The notes beneath the pieces are model-generated. The model made no database searches. It was not told where the DNA came from and saw only the letters and a program-made list of their open reading frames with translations. A DNA stretch of 64,000 bases from Trichoplax adhaerens (taxonomy: Eukaryota; Animalia; Placozoa), in NCBI RefSeq assembly GCF_000150275.1, contig NW_002060958.1, positions 566,272 through 630,271 on the forward strand. Reading direction: 5' to 3'. Positions 1 to 13,400 of this stretch are shown one piece after another. The first letter of the stretch is position 1, and the number at the start of each line of letters is the position of its first letter. A program made the translations under genes and the position numbers.

Positions 1-520
1 CAGTATAGTATACAGTATGCAGTATACACTGTACACTGTACACTGTACAGCATCGCTCTTTCTTACTGTGCAGTGCCATCAGTATGAGTGTGGTAAGAAA
101 GAGCGATGCTGTATGTACATTGTACAGTGTACAGTGTACAGTGGATACTGCATAATATACTGTATCATTCTACTGTATTATAGCTTTACTGTATTTTTAA
201 AGAAAAATACAGTATTGCCCGAAAGTGACAAAATGTTATGAAACAGTATGTACAGTACAGTACAGTACAGTACATGTACATACTGTACTGTACACTGTAT
301 GCAGTATCCACTGTACTGTACAGCATCGCTCTCGCTACTGTGCAGTGCTGTACCGTAACGCACCGTAACGTACCGTACCGTAACGCACCGCACCGGACCG
401 CGCAAACAAGTCAAAATCGGAGAGTGATGACCATAGAGTGAAGACAGTAGTACCGTACTGTACAGTATACTCCACAGTAGATAGCACTGTACAGTACGGT
501 ACTGTACACTGTACAGTGAG
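1..520. repeat. Low-complexity pentamer lattice (CAGTA/CTGTA/CCGTA units, mixed orientation) upstream of COX7A-like gene
   Basis: Dense tacagta/tactgta/tacactgta runs, e.g. (tacag)n at ~251-270. Pentamer run taccg-taacg-caccg at 351-400. Internal direct repeat: 16-77 resembles 298-348. Confidence 0.9.
16..154. repeat. Long inverted repeat (hairpin/cruciform-capable)
   Basis: Perfect 21-bp core tacagcatcgctctttcttac (46-66) pairs with gtaagaaagagcgatgctgta (93-113) around a 26-nt loop. Arms extend imperfectly to 16 and 154. Confidence 0.9.
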
Positions 521-672
521 TCAACGCCCGTAATCAATAGCCCTGGCTACTTCAAAGGCTGCCATTGCTGTGGACGTGCGTGCATCTGCTGGTGTTTTTC
601 AACAAGAAACAAGAAGCAAATTGGCCATCCATTTTTCAATTTCCAAAGAGTTTATAAAAGCACCAATTCAAG

Positions 673-1990
673 ATGGGAATGCTAGATATGTGGGTTTATA
701 GGCCTAACAACACAGTCAAGTTCCAAAGGAAATTTCAGGTAGGCAACTTGGATCCTATCGTTGGAGATCGAAGCGATACGTAATGTAAAGTAGTAGAGTA
801 GTTGAGGTTACAATCGTCACGGTAAAATGAGCCGCTGAAGAAACCATAGGTAAAATGTCAAGAATACTCTGATGGATTGCGATCATGGTTGCATTGACTC
901 TTGACTACCGACTACTTTGTATCAGTTGTTGTAATAATGTAAAGTTAAACTGTCAATGACTCTACGTAAAGATGCTACCAAAGCCTAAAATGCAGCGATC
1001 TACTTCACTCAGTGCAACACTAACCAACGACAGCTTGCATAGTAATCAATTCTTACTGGCTGTTTTGTAGCAGTGCTACAGGCAAGGATTGCAAAACACA
1101 AACTAGCTCTTGCTACATACTCTACTTTAACGGTGAAATATGGATAGTATGAAAGTACAGAGTGTACTACTAGTCCTCAGAAACTTGGCAAAGTGCAGAA
1201 AATGATCAAGGTGTTTACTCCCAATACCAATACACTGCCTTAATACTCTAATTACTTGCCAAACACGTCCAAATGCCACAAAATAGAGTGCAGTTTGAAC
1301 TCAATTTGACAGACACAACCGGTACCAGGATCGCCATTTTGAAATCCAACGCTGCTAACAGCGTAATCCATAAAGTCCCATTAATAGGATTGGATGATAA
1401 TTGCTCTTTTCTCTCATCTCCTATACAGTGTACAGCATACAGTAACTTACCCTTTAAAACAACTGCCATTTCTATAATTTGGTACATCATCTATCAGTAG
1501 TTTTATTATTGACATGGCAACTAAATGTAGAATCTGACAAATTTCCATTGAAAAACGGTCAGATCAAATAGCATCGCACTCGCTATAACTAAAAGCTTAC
1601 CTTTTTAAAATCTTTCGTTTCATAAATTGACTTACCAATTTGGTAATGCAATGATGAATGAAATTCTCTAATATTGTACAGTATACCTAATGTACTGCGA
1701 ATCACATAGGATACTGTAACAAGGCCGTGTCAAACCAAATTGCCACTCAGCATGTTCTCACTTATATCGTACCAGTTATATGTTATACACGCATATACTT
1801 TCGGTCATTCTATTTCATAAACTATTTCATGTTCTAGGCTGGCAATTCTCTAGTCTTCTTAAAACGGGGTGGCTTAGATCGGCTTATTTACCGTGGTGTG
1901 CTAACTTATGCGTTTGTTGGCATTGGGTATGCATTATATAGTATATCCCTTGTTGCACTTGGAAAGAAGAAAAAAGTAACCAGTCAGTAA
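673..1990 (+). CDS. COX7A: Cytochrome c oxidase subunit 7A-like, 72 aa, 2 exons (673-738, 1838-1990)
   Basis: Spliced translation (cag|gtagg ... ttctag|gct, phase 0) is MGMLDMWVYRPNNTVKFQRKFQ-AGNSLVFLKRGGLDRLIYRGVLTYAFVGIGYALYSISLVALGKKKKVTSQ*. It fits the COX7A pattern N-x4-Q-x2-FQ...LK(R)GG-x-D-x-L-x-YR followed by one TM helix and a basic tail. Confidence 0.85.
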
Positions 1991-2106
1991 CTTAACCTTT
2001 GGCTATCAATGAAGAAAAGAACACGGAGCGAGCAGTGAATAACTGAATAGATGTTGAAATAGCAGCACGTAAAGAACTCAAAGAGAAGTCTTGTCGCTAT
2101 ACAAAA

Positions 2107-2112
2107 AATAAA
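2107..2112 (+). terminator. Putative polyadenylation signal AATAAA of COX7A-like gene
   Basis: AATAAA ~117 nt after the stop codon; motif match only. Confidence 0.5.
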
Positions 2113-4469
2113 GTAATTCCGATATCCTGTTGGATATGCTTGATAATTTAGGTATATTTTTAATTACATTGAAACACCGTCCGCACTTAGTGTAATGTTA
2201 ACATACTGCTTCGAGCTGCAAGTATGTTGTATGCAGATGCGAGAGAGTGAGCAAATTTCGTTACTTACCGTGAATTCTGTTGGCTAACAGCCAGCTGATA
2301 GTTCATATGTATTGGACTTAGTCGAAATTTTAAAAATTGAGCATTATAACACAATATGATCAGTATTCATTTGAAGTAATTCCATTTTATAATGATATGC
2401 CTTCTAACAAAACTGTACTTAAAACAGCTACCGTAACTATAGAAACCTTGCGATTTATGCCTTGGATTTGTGTACTACCTGCAAACTGGTTCTTAATCCC
2501 TTGTAGCTCTCGTGTTATTGCATACTTATTTAAGAAAATAAATGGAACTGTATTAATCAATGGTTGTACTATGTTGTGTGCTCGGAAAGTTGATTTCCTT
2601 TTAACTACCAAAGCAAAATATATTTTTCTTCGTTAATACTAGTAAATAAAACTTTTAAATACATCACAGGTAATACAGTACCGTGTGATCTTTGCTTCTG
2701 CCATAAATTGATAACTAGAAGACCCAAGTAGTCATAACTACGCAGTACAAGGAACTCAAGTTTACAGTTTAATTTCTATACTGTATAGCCAATTTCATTA
2801 ACTGACTGTAACAAATACTCCATCACACAGTATTGAATATTTCAAAATAATGTTATAATTCAGTAAAGACTAAAACTTCAATTCGCCTTCATCCACAACA
2901 TTGGATAACATAAAAATATCGTAAGTTTTACAAGATTTGAATATTATTTCGAGCATGGTTCAACTTCCAGATTGATTGAGCAAACTGAATGAAGTATCAG
3001 CTGAATAATGGATTTACTTTCATAACTTAAAAATGTATGCTTGGTAAAAATTAGATGCACTTATTCTGACAAAAATATCAGTCATTCGGAATTCATGGGA
3101 GTGCGGGTAGTAGGATTGGTAAATTTAAATGGAGTGAATATTGTATACTAGTGCAAAGGATATAATTTTAGCTTTACTCTCATACTGAGCTTGGCTTATG
3201 TCTCAAACAAAGGGAAATAATATGTAAGGAAAGCTAATAAGGGTCTAGCTATTGCTATTTGTAGTTGTTTGATTCAAAATTTCATAGTGATTTCCTCCAA
3301 AGCATTAAGGCAATCTTTGTTGAACAGAAAACGTTATACGAACCCTGCTGTACGATTATAATCCAAAAAAATACATGCCAATGCGTTTTTAACTAATGCT
3401 TTTCAACATCTGATTATATTCGAAGTGTTTGTTGGCAAGTATTACGAATCGGCATAGCAATATTATGTAAAACTGACGCCATAACCTGAGATTCGACAAC
3501 TACATCATTAAAGATGATGATATTTCATAATAAAATCAATCAAGTCACTCGTTGTATCCCATCAATCCTCTTCTTTCATTTTCTATTACAATCATGTTGA
3601 TATTAACTAGTTAATTAATAAAGAACGAAAAATTTAATAATCTGGTGTTATTAAGTACGGTAATATCCATCCAAACGTTTACTATTTAGCCACCTAATGC
3701 ATTGTACATCAGTGCCATATAAATTGGTATAAACGGTTACAAAAATGGTGCTGCTACTTGGTTAAATAGAATGAAGATTAATATGTTATTACAAAGGCGG
3801 TAAAATAACGTTCTTCTTCCAAATACTGCATAATCAGGATTTCAATCGTTGATTAAAATAATGATCAGAAACATGTAAGAAAACAACAGTAAAATAATAA
3901 TTTTCGTAAATGGCAGAGGTCTTACTATGCCTATGCTTGCCAACAGAAAATTAGCACTTTAGTGCAGGTCAATTCGGAGAATGTGGTTCACGCGCCTTAT
4001 AACTTGCCTTAACTAATTTATCAACATTAATGATGCTGATTCGGCTAGATTATATGAAGATAAAAGTTCTTATTGTATTTAAAAAACCCAATACATGAAA
4101 ACATTTAATAATTAGGCTAACATTAACTTCAACACAATCCTGATTACAATCTTACGGCCTATTAATTGCAATATTTACCGTAGTTTTGTAGATTTTATCA
4201 GTGCATAACGTAGGTTAGTCGTAACCTTTGATAATTAAAATAAACTAAGCAAGTGCAAATAAAAGTGTTACTGCTGAGGTATTTGATCTTATTTATCTCT
4301 TAGTGGCGAGGATTATATTATCACAATAATACGTGATATAAGCAATTACAATACAATTATAATAAGTCGGTTATATTCCTATCACAACGTTCTAAATTGA
4401 TCTATTAGCTCATAGTTATCATTGCTAATGGATATCATGTATCCATTTTATCATTAAACCACATTAATT

Positions 4470-7400
4470 TCACACGTACAATTCCTTTTTCCCATTAATC
4501 GTATCTACTTCAGGGCCAATTGCTTTGAATTCGACAGTAGCTTGATGTTCAGCTGCTTTAGCTTCTTCAGTAGTGTATTTACCAGCATCTTGCTTTGATT
4601 TACGTACGTATAAGGCAATGATGATTCCAAGAACAATAAGTAAGAAAATTATAATTCCAACAATACCTCCTGGCGTAACGTTAGCTTGAGCTCCGACAGA
4701 TGGTAACGTAGCTAGGATTCTAGTTGGTGAGAGACTACGAATACTGGGTGTAGGAGTACCAGTCCAATAACTAATACTACTAGTACAAACTCCTGAAATT
4801 GGATCACGACCTTGCGAGTTGCGAATAAATGTCACTGAATTGTTTCTGGGTATACTGAAGGCCAAATTCATAATTCGGATTCCAACGAAAGAAATATCAT
4901 TAATACACATCGATACTGAATTATCGTTATTAGAGCTTCCTAATACGACGATGGGCAAATTGAGAACTGATAAACCAACATTGCTGCGCACAAGGCTGGT
5001 AACTCCATCGATGCTGATAGTATCATCAGTTGGGCTGATTATTACTTTATGCAATTTGGTATCACTTAGAATGCCTCGTAGCGTAACACGCATATTACCA
5101 ACGGATACGTATCCTTCACCATTCACTAGTCCAAATTCCATCTGTTGTCCACTTCTTGTTTGAACATGAAATATTCTACAGTTCGATGAATTAGTAACAA
5201 AAGTAAAACTGATATCCTCACGTCCATTTGGGAGACGCGGCAAAATGTTCGAAGCTTTGTATTCAATTACATTGTTACCAGAGAAATGAGCTCCCTTTGC
5301 TGATCAAATAGAAAAATCAAACAATCACACAATTGCCATTTAGACCGTAATAGTATTATATAAATAATTATCCAACATGTATTATACATGGGTACTATTC
5401 TAACGTCTATCAAGCTTCAGTATTATACAATCTACGAATTGCAGTCTGCAACAAATTTCTTAAGGTAGAATCAGTATCGTTATAATAATAAACATACGTG
5501 CTTCACATCTTTCTCCAGTCCAATCAGTATTAGTGCAATCACATCGGAAGCTACTGTAGTTTCCAGTACATGGTGTATTGTGCTGACAAGGTAGAAAGAA
5601 GCAGGCCTTTCCACATCCATTCTTTACCCCTTGGAAAGCAGCAGCAAATGAATCAAGATGTTGCAAGCTTTCGCTAATATACAAACTACCGATACATCCA
5701 ATAAAGCCATTCGACGGCCTGGTCATGAGTAAACAAAAAGCAAACGCGAAAACATTACATATACATTTAGTAGCACTTCTTATAAGATAATACGAATAAA
5801 TAAGTACAACATTGCACAAGAAATTTAAAGGGTGTCACATTTGAACCAATTCACAATTTTCATTTACCTCTGTGGGTTATAACCAACGAACAATGGACCA
5901 TCAATATCAAGTCTTGCTACCTGATGTGATTGTTGAAAAGTACGAAATACTTCTGGCAGGCTATCTACTCTTAAACTGACTCGACTCGGAGAAAAAAATA
6001 GCCGAACCCTATGCCATTGATCATCGTTGTAGCGAGTATTAGCGGCACTATTGACAGTTAAGGTAGCATTATCGATACCTTGTCCTAAATTATACTGCAT
6101 CTGTACAGCAGACGACTGTACGGACAATTCGAAGAAATCTCCAGTTCTACCGACATTTTTTAACAATGTACCATTAGCCACAGTTGATTTAAAGGCTATG
6201 TCTATTACGCCTTTAAACGAATTCTGCCAGTCTGGTAACTCTATCCTTGATGCTCTTGTTGTAAACGTGATGATATGGTTAGGAGCAGCTGTAGAAATGG
6301 TTCAAGGTTAACAGATATTAGTATAATATTGCGTACTTACTAATAACAACTTGTTAAGAGCTTTCTAAAAAGCTTATTGCATTATTAAGACATTTGTTTA
6401 ATGTAGTCCTTTTCATACCGTTTCCTCTGCAAATCAGTTTACCAACACTATATATACCAATCCTGCTACTGTTCAGCGATTCGAAGCCAAATCTCACTTG
6501 TTTAACTGGAAGGTATCTCTTATCGTTTAAAGAACCACTGTCTGTCAGCACGGTATTACCAAAATTACCATCACAGTTACACATTTTGGTTCTATTAGCA
6601 CAACTTCCGGTAACACCACAAGCACATTTACGTGAATCAGCGGGTGCTCCACCCCAGCTAACCATTTTCATGTTATTTCTTGATACCCACCATCCATATG
6701 GCGTATTCGGGGTGTTTAGAAGAACAGACTTTTGACAACGATACACGATATTTTGGGAACAGCTTTCAGAAATATCAGCTAGCGCTGCTGCTTGTTTGAT
6801 GGAAACATTTCCAAATTGCTGGCCTGTTCCTTCCTTATATATTAAATTATAAGAGTATCTTCCAGGACCAACGCTCTGACGTGAGGAAGGTAACACTGTC
6901 AGAGTTTCTCGATCATGAGCTATTTCAGTGACAGTCTGTTGTGTGTCAGAACATCGAGTTCGAAATGGTGCTATAGAGCCTAACGGACCATCAGGATCGA
7001 TAGTATAAACTCCAGTTGTAGCAGAGGGATTGAACGTGAATATTTCTTGACAATTTCTGCGATATTTATCTATATTGGTAAATTGATCAATTGCATTACC
7101 GTTGTCATAGTTTTTAAATTAATCATTACAGTGTAAAGCAAGAGTTTATCGTTATTGTGCTAATTACAAAATACGTCGACTCGTTAATTTACATGGGATG
7201 GAGTCAATATTACACTATTTATAATCTTAACTTACACAACTGACAATAGGTTCCTTCATAATTACTGTTTGAGCCACAAATACAAGCGAATGAGCCAGGA
7301 TTGCTAACACAAGTAGCGTTGTTGTAGCATGGGAAAAATGGTTGACAAAAGTTTTGAATGGAGCAACTGTTATAAATTATATTGTTACGAGCAAAGCTAG

Positions 7401-10400
7401 TATCCAATACACTTCTTGAGATTCCATTAACCTTTAGATCTCGTATACATCCAATAAAGCCTTGAGCGTTTTGCGATCCAATTGTAATCTGAGGAGACTG
7501 TTGGGTTGTTAAAGTTCGCTCAAAGGCAACGGAGCCAAAATCGTTATCAATGTATACACGAAAGCTTGTCGATGAGCTTATCATTCGAAATTGATGCCAT
7601 GACCCATCATTAAGTCTTGGCTGAAAGACATGTGTATCCGTTGTACCCACTTGCAACATTGTTGCAATTCCAGATGTCAGACTAATCACAGCACTGTAAG
7701 TTGCCTGAATGTAGACTAACTCGCGGCTACGGCCACTGTCTGTTGTACGAAACCAAAAATCAAACAAGTAATCGAACAAGCCGCTTGGTGATATATTAAT
7801 GATAAGTCTTGAAGATTGCGATTGCAGATGGGATGCAATATAAGGCGCAGTTGTGACACATCCTTGATTGACACCTGCAGATACACCATAAGGAAACTGT
7901 CCAAATAAATTTTGCAAGACAGTAATTCCGTTAAACACCAAATCACGTAAACAACCGCTAAAGTTGCGAGAGCTCGAGATGGTGTCAACGGTATCGTTCG
8001 TTCTTGGAAAACCACCAACATAAATCATATCATCGATTGTAATTTCATCTACACCACTTAGACCAGATCTTCTATCATGAGCTGAATTGACATTGTCAAC
8101 AGTTAAGATTCCAAAGTGTTTATTCCGTGAAAAACTTACCTGATGCCATACGTTATCCGAAATTTTCACTCCATTGTTGATAACGTATTCTGATGTCGTC
8201 ATATGCCTAAATTGAATTCTCAATCTCAAGTATCCTGACTTCAATTCAAGTATCAAATAGTTATCAGTTCCATTAGCCATTAAAATAATGCCATCGGTAG
8301 AAAAAGTCCTAACACCAAACGAAATATCGTTCTTTTCAGATGTAATTACGCGATTCTCAGATGCATCATAATATCCGTAACCGAATCCATTGAAGGTAAT
8401 AAGAGATTCTATTATCAATAATATTAAAAAGGTGTACAATATTTAACATAGGTGAAGTAGTTCAAATACATATGAAAGATACTATAAAGCAATGACAATT
8501 AAGAATGTGTACGTAAATAGGTATTCTGTAGATTAAACGAAAATACTTTTGTACAGCAACTGTCAGATCTATTTGATACAACTCAGGCAGAAGGAGCAAC
8601 CGTAGGCTTTCTACGATTGAATCTTTATTGCTCCGGTTATTTACTATTTTTATCCCTTAGAATGATGCCAACTGAAATCAGTACGATAGCGTAGTTAGTT
8701 ACATTAATTGATAAACTAACCGCTTTACACTGTATTCTTTCTTTGCTTTCTGATTCTTAAAAGACCTCGAATGTGATACAGCACAATTTGTTATATACAG
8801 TAAGCTGGCAGCGATTACATGTACTGAAGGCCTGTGCTTTCATCCCTGATACTCATAAATTTGATCACATAGGAGACTAATACGTAACTTTTCTCTGCAC
8901 TATAGCATTATAACTGTTTCCGCATTGTCTCATTCTTAAAGGCAATTAATATATTATTGCATAAAAAAGTGAGATTATTTCCATTACTGCAAACTGATCA
9001 TGAACAAGAAACAACAGCGTTGCATACTGAAACTTTTAAAAGATCACGAAATTTATAATTCACCATAAACCGCTGATGTAACACTATCTCCTGTCCTTTC
9101 AAATTTTCAAAAATTTAACCAATAATTATTTTATCTTTTCATGCAAATTCCAAAAGAAACTACCCAATGCCACGAGATTCAGTATATTCAATAAACGGTT
9201 AAATAATAAGCTATACGCCATAATTTTATAAACCGCGGAATTGCTAGCAACGCCTTTTCTGCAAGTGGTTTAAAGGTTATATATTTTGCTATCTACTAAT
9301 ATGCCAAATACAAAATCATGATTTCTTTTGAGACGTTAATATGAATAATCAAGGGTTATCCCGGATAAAATGAGGTTATCTATTGGACAAGTAATGCAAC
9401 TAAATTTTAACAGTTAAATTACGGAAGAGAGAGGAAAACTTTGATTTTTTTATGTAGAATTTGATTTATGAGCATAGATTAGCTATAACGTGTATAATTG
9501 GATTAAGAGTTCGAAATGTCAATCAATATGTAATTACATTAAGATACTGCATGTCTGCTTATAAGTTAAGGCTAGACAATAAAATGATTCTTATACTGAT
9601 CAAACTTGACGTGTGGTTAAGTTTATGGGATATTAATTTAGATAAAATGAATTTGAATTAAACAAATTAAGGATAAGGCTACCGTACTTTCATTGTTATA
9701 ATTTCAAAAAAGACAATAAAGTAATATCATTAACTAAAGGCGATTACTGTCAGTCTCAGTGCTCATGAAATAATATAGTAGCTTCTTTTAATCGATATGA
9801 TACATATAGAAATTACCAATAGGCACGTTAGTGTTGAAACTATTTTAACATTTGCCTTTTAGTGATGCCATATAACTCCATCTATTTAATTATTTCACCA
9901 GTAAGCAAAATTTATTCAATTTTTAACAACTTGAAGATAAATATATTGTTACGATGCTAATTCTACGAATAGTGGTATTTACTATGACTATACTTTATCT
10001 ACATTGTGTTTATGATAGTCGTAGACTTTCGTATAGGCTAAGTTTCGATCTCGATAAAAAACGCGTTACATGTAATGATTAAATTATAATTGGAGTGTAA
10101 TACAATAATACTGAATTTCAAGTATTTACTCAAGCGAAACTTGATTTAGTTAAAATTAATCGATGTGAATAAAATTTCTGTGGTTAGGATAGAATTTTCA
10201 CGGACGCATTTACTATTTATTGAAACAACGAATTTTGTATATCACAACGGTAAAATTTTGCAACGTAGTCAAATTTGGCATGTCGTTACCAAAAATTTAT
10301 GTTTCAGTTAAGCAGGCGCATTTACATCGAAACTACCCCAGTGAAGAAAATGAATTCAAGCTCCTACAATGAAAGTTTTTAACGTATGAGGGAAACTTCT

Positions 10401-13400
10401 GTCAGTCTAATTGAATAAATGAAATACTACTTCTGTCAAAGTACCATTCATAGAACGTTTCATCAAGATCAGATAAGTGTAAACCGCTATTTTTAATTTA
10501 AGGCCTATCCCAATTTTAAATTACCAGACATCCTTTTATAGTATTTGTTATGTAATATTCGAAGCCAGTAAAACTAAATTATCCTTAGAAAGTTATCTAA
10601 CTGGTTTCTAATGTATTACTACCAATCAGGAGTGAACAAAAACTTGACAATGAACCTGGCTGGAGACCATATGAATTTGTCGTCTTGGCGTAAACATGCA
10701 TCAGAATTTCGCTTGTTGAGTCTATTTACTGATTCATATCTATTGTTTGTAATTAGTAGGAGCCCGTCTCGACTTTCTAAGATTACCCATACTTGAATAT
10801 CGTAATCAATTAAGACATTATTAGGCCGCAGTCCTACAGGACTTACTTCCTATTATCTAATTCATGAATGACCAAAAGTCATTGCCTATTGGTATCATCC
10901 TAGTCCACTTTTGTATACTATTACTATTGCCACTGGATTACCAGGATAAACAATGGCAGCTTGTCTTTACACTTGTATCTTGCTATTCAATAATGGCCAG
11001 AGATAGACATCCAGACTGTCCAATAACATTAGTAAAATCGTTACAATGGTATTAACTAATACGTCTTCAATGGAGAACAGTTCTATATTCAATGGCCCTT
11101 CGAATTCAGTAATTGTTCTCTTAGTTCTATTGTCATGGTTAGCAAACAAGTATACTATGCTAGGACAATCATATTTAGACGTTGCACAATTGAACATCGT
11201 GTAATCCGTGAAAGTAATATCTAATCCGGTGCTTGATGGAACATTTACGTGCTCATTTTGGTTTTCTAAAATAGCAGTTTAGAATTACATCTATTCAATC
11301 GATCTTTCGATAAAGTTACAAATTAGAACTATCGGTGATTTTAGTCCTATCACAAAAGTGTAAAAACTGGTGCTTGAAGAAAACGAACAAATAGTCTTCA
11401 AAAGTGTATTTAGATGATCCTATTCAAAGCAAGGCTTTACTAAATTTGCGAATTCAATTCGACATAGTATCATCATAACTTCCGTAAATGCGCAATAAAT
11501 GGATGATTACAAAGTAATGTAAATTTATTTATCATGGAGGATAGCGGTTTGATAGTCAGCTTAATGTACTATAATTCATCTTAACGAATAGTTTTAGTAG
11601 TTTCATGAGCTTGTACACCTACAAAAACGATGAAAATGATTTGGATTGGTTGCGTATTATTTGTACCCCTTGGTAACTGGTTGGATCTAATGTTTAGATT
11701 GCACTATCGTGCTCTACTAACGTTAACCATCATAGAGCAGTATAGTAAAGCTTTTTAAGCTTTTCTTTATCTTCTATACATAGATATCATCTTTACTGCT
11801 GTGATTTTGTGAAGAAATATTTTTAATTAGTCAATTTTCCATAGATTGATCTGATCCTTGAATAATCATGATAAATGTAATATAAAATAACATTGTCAAG
11901 GCGAAGTAATGCTTGCTAATCCATAACGTTATTGTCATGCTATTATAATGTGTAGTGTATTTTCGGACCTGTTTCTGCGACCACCCTAAGAGTTATTTAA
12001 TTTTAATTCCCCCCGCTGACAGTTGAGAAATTAACCGCGTCTTTATATATATAACTACCAAGTTTCAAGATGGAATTATTCGTTGGTTCATATGCTTTTT
12101 TTCTCTTCAGCGTCATTTGTTAATTTTAAGCGTGCTAATTATTGTAATAGACATCGTCGTGAGCGCAATAATGCCTACTATCATTTCTGAGCTTTATAAG
12201 GCAGATTTTCACGTGGCGAACTATATGCTTTCGTATCCATATGTTGCAGTCAACTGTATAAATCAGCAGTTAAAAAGCTTCAATAGACGTTTAGCACTCA
12301 TTTAATATAATATCATACAAACCCAGCAAATTGTAAGATTGCTGTGATGAAATATAGTTCATTAGTACTGCGAACTAGAAATAGATGTCATGTTCCTTAA
12401 GGAACGAGGTCGTATAAAGTATATGCTATGCTTATGACGCTGAAAAAACAGGATTATCATAGTCTTTTTCGTGACCTATTATTTCAGTAGATGAGTTATT
12501 ATCACGCCAATGTAACATTTCAATAACAGAGCAATACGAACGTGTATCCTAGTCCTACAGTAATATTTAATAGTCTGTCGCGAAATAGATAAGTGTAAAA
12601 AATATCGATTATGATTAAGTTTGGAGAGCTAGCGTATTCTAAATTAATTGTTAAATGAATTTACGATCGATGGCGTAAGATTACTGCAGAAATTATTATA
12701 TAATAGATACATTAATCAGAATGAGGTAATGAAAAGAAAACAACCATTCAAGAAAACTTATGCCTTACTGCTTCTACTAAATGTAATTAATTAATTAATT
12801 AATAAGCTATCATACTAAGGTAAAATGTTGGCAACAGCTTTGGTAATGCTAACTTGAATGATAACTTTACGTCTCGCTTCAGATCGAAAGATCTTTCGTA
12901 ATTACATAGCAAAATTTAATGAATCAGACGATAGCTTTGCGTGTAATATACTATTGATATTGATTTTCTCTTCTTATACTAACATCACAAAGTTTTACTG
13001 AAGTGTAATTAAACACTTAACTTAAGCTTGAAAATTGTAATTTATCATAAAGGATAGCACCCTCATATCTTTCACTTATATTGAGCAATATCGATCATGC
13101 CCGTGCTTGTCAACACACATTTATATATTTTTTCAAATTATTGAACAAAGATAGCATACAAGATATACAGTACATTTTATGGGAGCTTGGAGTATTGCCC
13201 CAAATCTACACAGATATTATTACTTCCCTACAATTCTACGAATACTATGGGCAAGGTTTAAGGAAAAAGATCCAATGCTAAAAAGGGTGACGAAGCTTTC
13301 ATCAGTTATAAGGTAGATGTACACTGTACAGTACGTATCATATGTGACTCATAGAAATACAATCAAGGTGCTAATTGCGAGCCGCTTTATCAAATATTGA

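Noticed and set aside
17-537. ORFs 17-241, 178-537 and 238-441 (also 16975-17454 ORFs)
   Set aside because: Translations of the pentamer lattice (Y/C/T/V/Q-rich); no protein features.
2387-2611. Minus-strand ORF faintly like GPCR TM7/helix 8 (NIVQPLI..FLNK)
   Set aside because: No upstream TM segments could be recovered; similarity too weak.
4819-8021. ORFs 4819-5163, 6051-6311, 6394-6735 and 7716-8021
   Set aside because: Antisense or alternate-frame shadows of Caspr-like exons.
8510-8675. Candidate extra exon of the Caspr-like gene
   Set aside because: Stop codon in the required phase; the exon 1 to 8408 join already works.
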